Positions 1 through 10,084 are shown, counted from the stretch's first letter. The stretch is DNA of 29,997 nt from Cyanophora paradoxa CCMP329 (GCA_004431415.1 QPMI01000485.1:1-29997), one strand, 5' to 3'. Notes: generated from the sequence alone by a model not told the origin. A program made the numbers and translations.

Positions 1-123
1 ACGAACGATATCCGAAAGAGAGAGCTTTAACAGTGATGCTTTACTCGGATTTGCGGGCGGTTCTTTTAATCCACTCGTGTCTTCCCGGTTTCCTATTCTC
101 TCGCTCTGTCCACAAACCGCTTC

Positions 124-474
124 GTGTTCTCGTCTCCAAACAGCCCGTTTACATTAGAGTCCTCAGACCAGGAGCTCTGTGATTGTCTCGGCATAGAACC
201 CGGAGTGGTTTACGCCAGCACACCAGAACCAGTGACGGTTCCACTCAGAGATTACCCCAGTCGCTACGCGATTATATGCCCGAAAATGGTCGACTTTAAT
301 GCGATTCCATATATTTACCTTGACATCGAAGAGCTCCGCCCGTTTACCAAATTCGCAGCGGTTACTGGGAGACTGAACAATGTCGACGACTCCTATCTCT
401 TGCGAATTCAGATGAATTCGGACTTTGGTAGATATTCCTTTTACCACGAACCGAGCGCAAGCTCCCTTTCGTAA
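124..474 (+). CDS. Hypothetical viral protein, probably 5'-incomplete or frameshifted
   Basis: 116-aa ORF with globular-looking composition. Its stop (TAA) abuts the next ATG at 475. No motif recognised. Confidence 0.45.
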   Translation: MFSSPNSPFTLESSDQELCDCLGIEPGVVYASTPEPVTVPLRDYPSRYAIICPKMVDFNAIPYIYLDIEELRPFTKFAAVTGRLNNVDDSYLLRIQMNSDFGRYSFYHEPSASSLS

Positions 475-904
475 ATGTCACATCGCAACTCGATTTAGAT
501 CGCCTCACAATATCGCTTCGAAAATGGAGGGGCTCTGTTGCGGATATAAACGGTCTCTCATTCTCGTTCCAGCTGGAAGTTATCACGGATTAAGCGCTGT
601 CACACATAGTAGCCCTCGAAATCAATTCGGCATGCCGAAGCTACGTTTGTCGAGAGCACCCAGATTACGAGGGTCTCACAGATCTCGGGTTCGCTAAGAA
701 ATGTTCGTCGGGATCCGCACTTCCGGCTATTTGATTCGCATTGGTAAACACTCTCGTCGCGCCGGCTTCTGTGTATGTAACAAGCGCAGAAACTCCGGGA
801 GTAAGCTGGTAATCGATCTCAAACGTTTTAATGTAGTTTCCATTCGCAGCCCGGCTTCATTTTATAGAGGAAAGCATAAACAGACGCGGAAAATCGATGC
901 GTAA
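475..904 (+). CDS. Hypothetical viral protein, broken into several frames
   Basis: ATG directly follows the previous stop. Overlapping frame pieces (...LEINSACRSYVCREHPDYEGLTDLGFAKK / MFVGIRTSGYLIRIGK...) end at TAA 904. No motif recognised. Confidence 0.3.
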
Positions 905-1109
905 ATAATTGCCTCCCGACCTACTACCTTCGGCGGTTAGTAAAGCCCACCCACCCCGTGGCATTCGACCAGCGGGCATTGGAGGCTGTGCCGAATTCCG
1001 CAATAAAGGCGCTATTATCGAGCGGCACCCAGTTAGACTCCGGGGTGCGCTACATCTGTGCACCCGGACAGATTAATTATGGGAACATCGCCCTCTGAGA
1101 TATTCATGG

Positions 1110-2060
1110 TCAGCACTGAATACATCGCATTAAAATACGTTTGCTGTGCGGAAACAAAGGCGAGCGCTTCCGTTCCAAATATTGCAGGTGACTCGTTGTG
1201 ATAGTATCGAGGGTCATTTTATCTTTCGGTAAAGGAACGCTCAGCTTATAGTAGCGATCGTAATTCTGATCATCGTTTCTGGGTAAAGTTCCAGTAGCTT
1301 TACGTGGGCGTTTAGATCGCTCGACTCTAAGAACATGCTGAGAATTGGCGATCCTGTCGCGCTTAGCATCCATTGCACGATCCCCCAATTTTTCATAGTG
1401 TCGTACGAATATCCAGCTGTCGCCTTATCAGAGTCTTGGACGTGACCCGCCGTAATCGAAACCACGATAAGCTCCTCCTCGCATGAGTTTCCGAATAAAG
1501 TGCGGGCGAACGTGTAGCCACAGATCCCGGGCGAATTATTTCCGCTCATGCAACCATCGATTAAACAATATGTTCTCCCGGCGACTGTGACTTGTTTCGG
1601 CTCGAAATAGGTCGGAGCAGCCGAGGTAGCCTTGCAGCATCGCGCACAAGCATCCCATTAATATCTTCATCGTTGCTTGAAATAAAACGGGGGACATTAA
1701 GACCGTGTCGAACGCAGTCACGATGGTGGGTTTATAGAGATCCGCCATGGTGCCACCGCTTCTAAGTTAGTTGCTTCGTACTTTGGGCGCTGTACAATCG
1801 ATGTAAGCACTCGTGGATTTGCGAAAATCAGCGGTAGCTTCGCTTTGTAGAGCGCCAGAATATCAGTAGCAGTATATTTAGGGGCGCCATCGGTTCCCTT
1901 GATATTCAATAGGAGCGCGATTAATCCACCTGTGGATGTTCCCGCAAAGCAGTCGAATAGCTGTTGGATTCGTTTACCTGTTTGTGCTTCAATCTGTGCA
2001 GTATAGCAGCCTCGATTATTCCGCGCGACCCCCTCCACTCAAAGCGAGAACGGTCTTCAT
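1110..2060 (-). CDS. Patatin-like phospholipase, apparent frameshifts
   Basis: Reconstructed start MKTVLALSGGG(S)RGIIEAAIL(A)QIE has the glycine-rich oxyanion loop. FDCFAGTSTGG is the GxSxG nucleophile elbow. SAAPTYF and the catalytic Asp in CLIDG follow in later frames. The pieces are spread over three frames by 1-nt deletions. Confidence 0.88.
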
Positions 2061-2213
2061 TATCGTATATACTTCTTATATATCTTCTTTGTTTATAAAG
2101 AGGATGTCGTTCCTGAATCCGAGACCGATGCACGAGTAATTAATTCGACCACGCAGATAGAGGACACTGACCAGGTAAACACGAAATTCGTGGGTCTATC
2201 AGAATAAATTACA

Positions 2214-5200
2214 ATGCAGACCGCGAAGATCCAGTCAGTGGAAACACGAGCAGACCCGCAGCTTTGCAGTTAATGAACGTCGAGAAGGGGGATCATAAAC
2301 TTGGAATCGACTTTTACTTGATGATAACGAGCGAAACAGAGTTGCAGCATCCAGGCGACTCGGCAGTTTACCGAAAACGGTGCGCTATAATCGCAGGAAC
2401 ATTCCAAAGCATTCGACAAGGGTCGCTTAAACTTCTTTATCCAAGATGAAAGCGGTTTCCAAAATGCAGCTATGAGAATCGTGGATAATAGCACGCTTAT
2501 AGCCGGGGTTTCAAACAGACAGACAAGGTAGAAATTGTTCACGGTTTATCTACAAGTAATTTGACAGCAAGTAACATTACCACGAATACCCTAAACGTAA
2601 ACTCGCTTAACTCTGAGTCGTTTTTCGCCACTAATGTCGCTACATGCAATCTAACCCTTGATTCATTTATAATTCAGAAGAGCAACACTGTTCCCCAAAT
2701 CACAGAGGGCGTTTTTACAGTAGATCCGCGAACCAGTGTTAGAGATCCTCGAAAACGGGAGCGTTGTAAATATAATTGGTGCCAATGCCCCGAATGTGCG
2801 ATCCATAGCTCTTGATAAAACGACTATCTCGTTTGCTGAGGAAGTTCCGACATTTACCACAGAGAAACAAGCACTGAGAACCGATCACGTTCACATTACC
2901 AGACAAAATGTAAACGATCTTTTGGGCAAGGACATTGTAAAGGCGTTTTTGGAGTTCGAGAGGAACAAGAACACCAAAGATTCCAGCCAGGATGGAACCC
3001 TCACGACTCACACAACCGAAATAGCCGCAATACAATCGGAGATTAATGCACTGTTTGCAGCAGATGGAGCGCTTGCAATTACCTTAGCCATATTCTATCG
3101 AAAAGGAACATTTACCCCGCGACTGATAACACATACCGAGTTGGTTTTATCGAATCTGAGATGGTCAGAGGTGCATGGAGTTTCCATGTTTGCCTCCAAT
3201 TTAATCTTCCATTAAATCACTCACTCCGACTAATCAGATTCTTACCAATGGTAATGCACTGATCAGCTACACCGACTATAATAGTAACCTTTCCCGCTCG
3301 GTTTTCGCAAACTGAGACCTAACTGTCGAGGGATACCCTCAGCAGCTCGCAATGGGGTCTATGTCGCTTACGTAGGCAAACCTACATATACATTCACTTG
3401 GGATCAGTTGGGTGTCACAGGTTTCGAGACGAATATACCCACTGTTTCATTGGTGGATCACACTACTTATTATAATCCTATCTATAACAATAATGAATCT
3501 AATAAAGCATTTATCCAAAATGTCACCTCCACAGGGTTTCAGGTTTCGTTTGTCATTAACGAGACATACAATTTACTTATCATCCGAAACAACTCATTGA
3601 GTTCCGAAGCTACTATTAGTTTCACTCTTAACATCAATTATATCACCCCTGAATTCGATAGCAAACCCAGAGTGAAGGTTTACCGAGATTTACAAGGTAG
3701 CAATATCGTGCCTTCTCACAGAATTTCGATCTTGGGGCGAATTCTTTGAGGTGGAACACAGTTTATACTTTGAATGCAAACACCTGTAATATTGTGGTCG
3801 CAGGGTCATCGGCTACTATTGGAGATCTGACCGCCCTTTCAAAAGGAGTATCTTAAAGAGCTGTATATTACAAAGTCTGATTTACCAGATGCTATTTCGT
3901 TGGTGCTCTCCCCGACTCCCAGTATATCCTATCACAATGTGAAAGACACCAGTAATGTAGTGCAGAGGGGAAGCAAAGTATTCCAGGCATCCGAGATATC
4001 AGCAACAACATATAGATACCTTGCAGCGGTTCCAGCGAATTTTAATTTCACATTTGAGACACCATTTGTTTCCCCTCCTACTATTGAAATAACTGACACG
4101 AATTTGTATGTGATCAATAATGGGTCGACCACCTCTATTAACAATGCACCAGCCGGCTACTCCCCATTTGTTGCAACTAACATAACAACCACCGGCTTCA
4201 CACTTGTCGGAAATGCAACAGTGACATATGCTCTTACAGCATATCCTGTTGGGTTGTATTTTGCGAAATTTAATCTTTCAGCGATCCCACCTGTGTCCCT
4301 TTCTCCTCCCTTTACTATCAATTGGAAGGCAACAGGAACTATTCCGCGATTTGACCCCGAAGACCGCTTGAAAATAAGGTATCCTCTCGATGTGACCGAC
4401 CTCCATACTACGAGAATAAATGGGCAGAATTTCGTATTTAATGGAACCAATGCGACTCTGATCAATAACAGTGTCACAAATAATTACTTTTTCGATTCTC
4501 GATATATTAATACTTGCAATATTGTCATACAAAACACGTTTGAGAATCGAAGTAAGACCTTAACAGTCACCTTGCCCACTCACTCGAATGTCTCAGATGG
4601 ATTTCACTATTACCTGTTCAATCGCAATTACACCTCTTATATTCCATATCCTTCTGAGACTGTGGATATGAGCTATCCAGAGTCACCCTAACATCGACCA
4701 ATGCTGACTTCTTTGGATCCACGGACTTTATGACCTTCTTTGCTTTCACATCCTCTACTGATGGGCTCTTAGTTTATTACACTTTCAGGTATGATGCTGT
4801 TTGGACTCAGCTTGACAGCCACCCAAATACAGATGTAATCGAAGTGGGCGATAAGAAATATATTAAAACCGCTTCCCCATGGGTGTGCACTGTCCGGCTC
4901 GATGATAGATACACTCCAACCTAAATAGCATCGGAATGCACTCGACTTGCAATATTTATGTGCAAGGTGCAATTTCGGCTACCAAATATTTCGAGGGTGG
5001 AACTGTGATGCAGCCCATAGGTTGCTATCGAGAAATGGGCTCTTTGAGTCATTTAGTGGGACAGCTCTACCGCCATTTATCAGGGACACAGTCTATGATA
5101 CTACATGCAATATTTGGGTGTGCCGATCTGTGAGCAATCCACCTGTGACAAAGGAATTATATAAATATCTCTCAGATACCTATGGTGCAATTACAGGGTC

Positions 5201-5793
5201 TTCAACAGGAAATCCAGCAACGGCTCCATCGTGTTTGCGAATGCATACACAGCGCCGACATCATTAGCAGGGTCGACAGAACCGCCACCAAACGATCCCA
5301 ATCCAAACACACCTAAGCCAGATCCCGATTCAAAAGATCCCCTACAACTGATCCAGATCCGAACACGACACCTAATAATCCCTCAAATCCTACAAATCCA
5401 GTCGGATCGCCAGGAATGGATCCAGGAACGTTAGTGCTTCTCATTCTCTTGCCGATTCTCGGTGCTCTTGGACTTGTGCTTGCATACAAATTCCGAGCTC
5501 TATGTTGTGCTTGCATAGACAGAACCATTGCAGGAGCAGGTAATAAATACTCAACACCAGAGCTTAATGTGACCCAAACAGCCGAAGGAGATGTGGGGTT
5601 AGAGGTGAGGTCAGCCGAGGGGCATGGTCTTAGTGTTGTGAGAACTGATCAACCACCAGCAAGTAGGGCAGCACCCAAAAAATCACGAGCAGAACGAATG
5701 GCTGAATCAATAATGAATGAAAATGCAGACTTTATGGCGGAAATTGCACAACGAGAGGGCAGAACATACGAGCTTCTCCCAATGCGACCTTAA
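2214..5793 (+). CDS. Large (~1190 aa) fibre/spike-like glycoprotein with C-terminal membrane anchor, multiple apparent frameshifts
   Basis: Consecutive ORF pieces join through 1-nt shifts with no intergenic gap. Order: Thr/Asn-rich beta segments with recurring TCN(I/L); a short coiled coil (THTTEIAAIQSEINAL); two related modules (FETNIPTVSL..NVTSTGF..TPEFDSKPRVKV and FETPFVSPPTI..NITTTGF..IPRFDPEDRLKI) resembling H-type-lectin/tail-fibre gp53-C folds; a Pro/Asp/Asn stalk (5280-5415); TM helix LVLLILLPILGALGLVLAY; LCCAC; cytoplasmic tail. Confidence 0.65.
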
Positions 5794-5822
5794 TTTTTGT
5801 AGAATGCCATAATAGAGAAATA

Positions 5823-7284
5823 ATGACGGAACCCATAGTAGAAACGACAGTAAAGAATGCGGTATTGGATAATCAATTTTATATAACCCATGCCAATATA
5901 CCCAGTGAATCCAATGACCTAATTGTTAATCTAAAAGGCTATGTGATGGGAGCTATGGCTTCTAACCTATGGAATGACATTTTCGGTTACGAGTTTGGTC
6001 ACATCTATGACATTGCAAATGGGATTGGCTATGTGGATGCAATGGCAGGCACAGCTTTTCGCAATTTAAATTGCAACTGTGTGGGTGGGTGGATGTTTCA
6101 GATCTGTTCAAATGTCGATCCTACTATTGATCCCGCCACGATTACTTTTGATTGCAATCTGTATGCCCCAAAACCATTTTTTCTATCACTTGCAATCTCG
6201 TTAATTCGGATGTGCCCATAGTAGCACCTGTAATAGGTGCATCAAATATGTATATCCAAAGAAATCCGGTCGTGCATACAGGCGCCGAATTTATATTAGG
6301 CGACAACACCCAATTAGTCGACTCGAATTGCCCACGAATTTCACCTTTAATCTCGTGGATGAGTTCCCTAACAGTCAAAGTCTTATGTATTTCACCTCTG
6401 AAAATCGCCTTTCGGGTGCATTCTCACCCATTGAGCTGTCTATACCGAAGCAAAAGGTGAGCTATAAGGAGCTTACAGATGTGCCGGCGGGTTTTAGTGG
6501 GAAGTGGAGTGATATCATTCAGAAGCCGACTTGGAGTAGTGTAGCATACACAGGAAATTACTATGATCTTGTAAATCCTCCCGATTTCACAAGCTATATA
6601 CCTCGTTGGATTGATCAAGGTGTAATTATATCAGAATCTACACTCCCTTTCAATGGGACATGGGATAGGTTATTTACTAAGCCGAATTTGCATGCTGTTG
6701 CCACAAGTGGTGATTACAACGATTTAACTAACACCCCTATTGCACCGACCTTGCATGCTGTGGCTACAAGTGGGAGCTATACAGATTTAGTTAATACACC
6801 AAACTTGCATGCTGTGGCTACAAGCGGGAACTATGACGATTTAATTAACACACCCACTTCGCCACCTACTCACAATCACAGCATCGAGTTGCTCACGAAT
6901 TTCGGTAGTTATGTGAATCCAAATGCATATGTGCAACAAGGGACAATGGATGTAGTAATTCCTGCCGGAGTCTATTACAAAGGGGATTTTACCACAGTAT
7001 CGGGAACCGTTACATTCTCAACCCCATTTTTTAGTGATCCTGTAATTACTGCTACTCTCGAAAACAGTATTATTTTAACAAGTGTCGATTTCACCAATAG
7101 CATATATCTCTCTGCTGAATATCAGTTCGGAAATCGCATTGGGTTCAAAAATAAATTCACTTGGATTGCGATATTCACTTGTTACTCGGACATCAATTAT
7201 AACAGTGTGATCCAAAGCAATCGCACCCTTAAACTCCATTGGATTGCTGTCGGACCTCTCCAAAACAATAATATTCTCGCTTAA
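5823..7284 (+). CDS. Viral fibre protein with LHAVATSGxYxDLxNTP repeats and C-terminal lectin/gp53-like domain (two apparent frameshifts, ~6175 and ~6330)
   Basis: Three near-perfect and several degenerate (Y/W)xD(L/I)xxKP/TP repeats of the type seen in phage and eukaryotic-virus fibre shafts. An HNH triplet follows. The C-terminus reads GTVTFSTPFFSDPVITAT...LKLHWIAVG. Confidence 0.72.
6688..6855 (+). repeat. Intragenic coding repeats (3 x ~51 bp, TTGCATGCTGT(T/G)GC(C/T)ACAAG...)
   Basis: Copies start at 6688, 6751 and 6805. Differences are mostly synonymous. Confidence 0.9.
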
Positions 7285-7305
7285 TAAGTAAAGAACAATC
7301 AAAAG

Positions 7306-8313
7306 ATGTCAACTGTATTCACGCCTGTGTTTTCTTTGAGTGCAAGTGCTGTCCATAATGTCCAACACACAGTCTATGATTTATCTCCGAGCCATCCTTC
7401 GACTGAGACAGCGAAAACCGATTCTTTTAATGACCAAAGCATACTCAGAGTCAAAGAACTCAGAGCTGACAAGATTGATGGACTCGTTAAAGCTACTCAA
7501 ATGATCGTATCTAATCGACCCGCAATATCTTCGGGCTGGTCACCAAAGAAAATCTATATGAAGGTCAACAGGATTCCAAAACGGCTTTTAATCCGGCTGA
7601 TAGGAATTCGGCGGCTTTTCAAGTTTACAGTGGTGGGGCATGGATTGGGACTGGACTTGGAGTGAATGGGAATGCAACAGTGAGCGGGAATGCAACAGTT
7701 ACTGGAAGCCTTACAGCTGGATCATTTGGGACAGTTAAAACGACGACTATTGATTCTGGGGCAAATACAGAGTTGGTGATCAAGCGAAATAATGAGAATA
7801 TCGCTTCTACTTTCACAGCATCACACACTAATGCAACAGGTGGGGCAGTTGCAGGAACTTATAGCTGGAAAGGTCTCACTATTAATGGGACTAATTCCTA
7901 TCTTGCACTTCCTAATCATCCCCGGTTTTGTGTTGGTGTTTCTGGAACTGTAACTGGTGCGGCTTATATTGGAGCCTATGGGCATACATTTCTAAACCAT
8001 GGAAATCACGTAAATGTTTCCACAGGTTACTTCACAGCTCCTGTGTCAGGTCATTACAGATTCGTGTTCACTGGCGTAACAAGTCTAAATAATGTTGATA
8101 CATATGTAGCATAATGATGGGCCTCCTAATGGTAAAAATCTCGATGGTTATACATCAGCGTTAGGAACGAACTATCATAGAACTATATGCTTGAATGTCA
8201 TTGTAGCAATGTATGCTGGTGACACAGGAAGGTTATATGTTGGAGGAACAATTATGGGAGCTGTTGGAACAGCAAATTGTCAATGGTCGGGTGAATTAAT
8301 TTCTGCTTCGTAA
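7306..8313 (+). CDS. Fibre protein with C-terminal C1q/TNF-like head (apparent frameshifts ~7525 and ~8110)
   Basis: Shaft repeats VNGNATVSGNATVTGSLT. The head has the C1q signature LPNHPRF...NHGNHVNVSTGYFTAPVSGHYRFVF...VIVAMYAGDT...WSGELI and ends at TAA 8311-8313. Confidence 0.78.
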
Positions 8314-8321
8314 GTAAAAGA

Positions 8322-8585
8322 ATGTCGAACATCTACCAAGTGGTTCTAACTGATACTGAAAAACTCGGAATGGAATACTGTGCCTACTCTGTTCAGGATT
8401 GGATCGATAATGCGGCTCATAATCGGGCGAGAATCGCGATTGATGAGATTGTGGACAAAGAAGTTAAATCGTGTATTGGTGCTGGAATTCCGATTCCACT
8501 CACAAAGGAAGCGATTGTAGAGCAAGCATTTAATCGGGGGACTGTTCGAAAGGCAAGCGAAATTCCTGTGAGTGCTCCTATGTAA
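8322..8585 (+). CDS. Small phage-like protein, putative fibre assembly chaperone/accessory
   Basis: Intact 87-aa ORF 8 nt after the C1q fibre. LTDTEKLGMEY...VQDWIDNAAHNRARIAIDEI resembles, from recall, small proteins encoded after C1q-bearing fibre genes in marine tailed phages. The function is inferred from position. Confidence 0.65.
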   Translation: MSNIYQVVLTDTEKLGMEYCAYSVQDWIDNAAHNRARIAIDEIVDKEVKSCIGAGIPIPLTKEAIVEQAFNRGTVRKASEIPVSAPM

Positions 8586-8589
8586 AGAA

Positions 8590-9160
8590 TTCGAAGAATG
8601 AGAGATGGGTTTATTGTTATTTTTCATAGATCATGCATAAGAAAGGCATGTATCTTGCATAGTGGGCGGGGCGCGAGTGGTTCCAGTACATTTCGATTGA
8701 GTTCGCAAGTTTGTGCAGGTGGGCATTTTCGGCATGCTTGCAGATGCACAAACTTGCGAACGCAATCGATCTCGTACTTATCATCGTACTCTCTCAGTGG
8801 GGTTCACCTCGGTTTTCTTTTTGGATTACTGAAAACAGTCCGGCAACGATCGGGAACATTTCGTAATAATGGGGTCTTACTGTGCCTTACTGAGAGATCG
8901 GGGGACGGGTTTAGGGCTTACTGAGAATGGTAAGAGATCGGAGAGAAGATGAAATGTAGGTTTTCGTGATTGGTTTTAGTAAGGATGCATGAGAGGTTTA
9001 TAAAAGACAGTGTGGCTCAGTGCGGAATAGAGCGATTTTATTAATTTGTGACTGAGAATAAAGGATGGTTTATATTTGCTCACTGAAATAGGTCGGCGGG
9101 AATTAGTGGGGTTCACCTCCCAGCGAGCCGGCAGATTTAGACTGTCGGTCCACATCATCT
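8590..9160. repeat. Non-coding terminal region of the viral element with iterated motifs (candidate terminal repeat)
   Basis: 15-bp direct repeat AGTGGGGTTCACCTC at 8796 and 9105. ACTGA(A/G)A motifs near 8828, 8888, 8920, 9050 and 9082, with inverted CTCAGT near 8793 and 9016. No convincing ORF. Confidence 0.5.
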
Positions 9161-9283
9161 GGATCTTAGTTAAACGTTCCTGCCCGCGGCCGTGCACGCG
9201 GCAGGGCGATTACGAAAATCAAGATCTACGTGTCAGATATCCGGAAATTCGGACGCACGGAAGACTAGTGTTGCAGAAGCAGC

Positions 9284-10084
9284 TCAGCTTTGCATACCGT
9301 AGTACGTTTGCCGCCTGTGCGATGGATAATCTAAGGACCCTGGTTTTTCCTGCGTGGCCCCAATGGTAGACCCTAGACGACACCACAGCGAGAGGTTTTC
9401 CTGGTAAAGTGGGCGCCCGTCTGTCGCTCTCTGATGCGGGTAATGGCAGTACGTGTCTCCCCCGAACTCCACCAGCGTCGGCTCGATCGCGTGCGACAAG
9501 CAGTTGCAAAGCTTGGTCCCGTCCGCGAGCGTCGTCCTCTCCAAATTGAAGCAAAAGTCCCTCTCGCAGTAGAGCTTGCTGGACCGTACGGCGCGGACAT
9601 ACGACACACCCGGGAGGTCACTGCTGGAGAGGGCTCCGCACTGACACGTGGGCACTTTTGTGCCGCTGACGTCGGTGGTGAGCGGCACGGGCTCGAGGGC
9701 GGGGCAGAAGTCGGATCCAGAGATGCAGTAAATAGAGTGCACGGAGAAATCCGTACGCGTCGACGTCCCGAGCGCGGTCAGATTGATATTTCCGAACCAA
9801 GGCAAGCTGAGCCTGTAACCTCCCGTTCGGCTATTCTCATTTAGATACGCAACCGCGTTATCATACTTGGTTACATAGACCGATCGACCTCCGGCGTTCA
9901 CGCATTCGGGGCCTTCATTGCATGGTCCCGCGACCGCATATTCCCGAACATAACCGCTCGTGCTCGTCGTGTTGATCCACTGCGGCACGGTGCACAGCTG
10001 TGCGCTCGAGCTCGCCAGCTCGAAGCGGACGACGGAGCTGGCGGCGAGGACCGCCAGCAGCGCGGCGAAGAGCGTGCCGCGCAT
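9284..10084 (-). CDS. Secreted cysteine-rich hypothetical protein (host-like)
   Basis: 266-aa ORF with signal peptide MRGTLFAALLAVLAASS and many Cys (CQC, CNC, CERDFC). The 3' end is uncertain: there is a possible frame change near 9400 and a host-type intron at 9180-9258 (GTGCGT..GGCAG). Confidence 0.6.
   Translation of the reverse strand: MRGTLFAALLAVLAASSVVRFELASSSAQLCTVPQWINTTSTSGYVREYAVAGPCNEGPECVNAGGRSVYVTKYDNAVAYLNENSRTGGYRLSLPWFGNINLTALGTSTRTDFSVHSIYCISGSDFCPALEPVPLTTDVSGTKVPTCQCGALSSSDLPGVSYVRAVRSSKLYCERDFCFNLERTTLADGTKLCNCLSHAIEPTLVEFGGDTYCHYPHQRATDGRPLYQENLSLWCRLGSTIGATQEKPGSLDYPSHRRQTYYGMQS

Larger units (their letters stand above)
1..9160. mobile_element. Endogenous viral element, right end (eukaryotic dsDNA virus: Polinton-like/virophage, giant virus or mirusvirus; class not determinable here)
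   Basis: Sharp compositional switch from AT-richer to very GC-rich DNA near 9170. Genes are intronless and tightly packed (spacers of 8-30 nt), with A-rich pre-ATG context (TAAGTAAAAGAATG, AATCAAAAGATG) and no Shine-Dalgarno. Content is fibre/spike proteins plus patatin. No capsid, polymerase or integrase gene is visible in the window. Confidence 0.8.

Noticed and set aside
6688-6855. Diversity-generating retroelement template/variable repeat pair
   Set aside because: The repeats are in-frame shaft repeats, differences are not adenine-specific, and no reverse transcriptase is in view.
2214-8313. Programmed frameshifting, introns or phase variation explaining the broken viral ORFs
   Set aside because: The breaks are numerous single-base losses in short runs, with no GT-AG segments to remove and no consistent slippery site. 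Sequencing error is simpler.
8598-8924. 108-aa ORF after the chaperone-like gene
   Set aside because: It overlaps the iterated terminal motifs and has an atypical composition, so it is probably non-coding.
1-9160. Bacterial prophage or contaminant interpretation
   Set aside because: No Shine-Dalgarno motifs, A-rich eukaryote-style start contexts, a glycoprotein-like TM protein and contiguity with spliced genes. Not fully excluded without read support.
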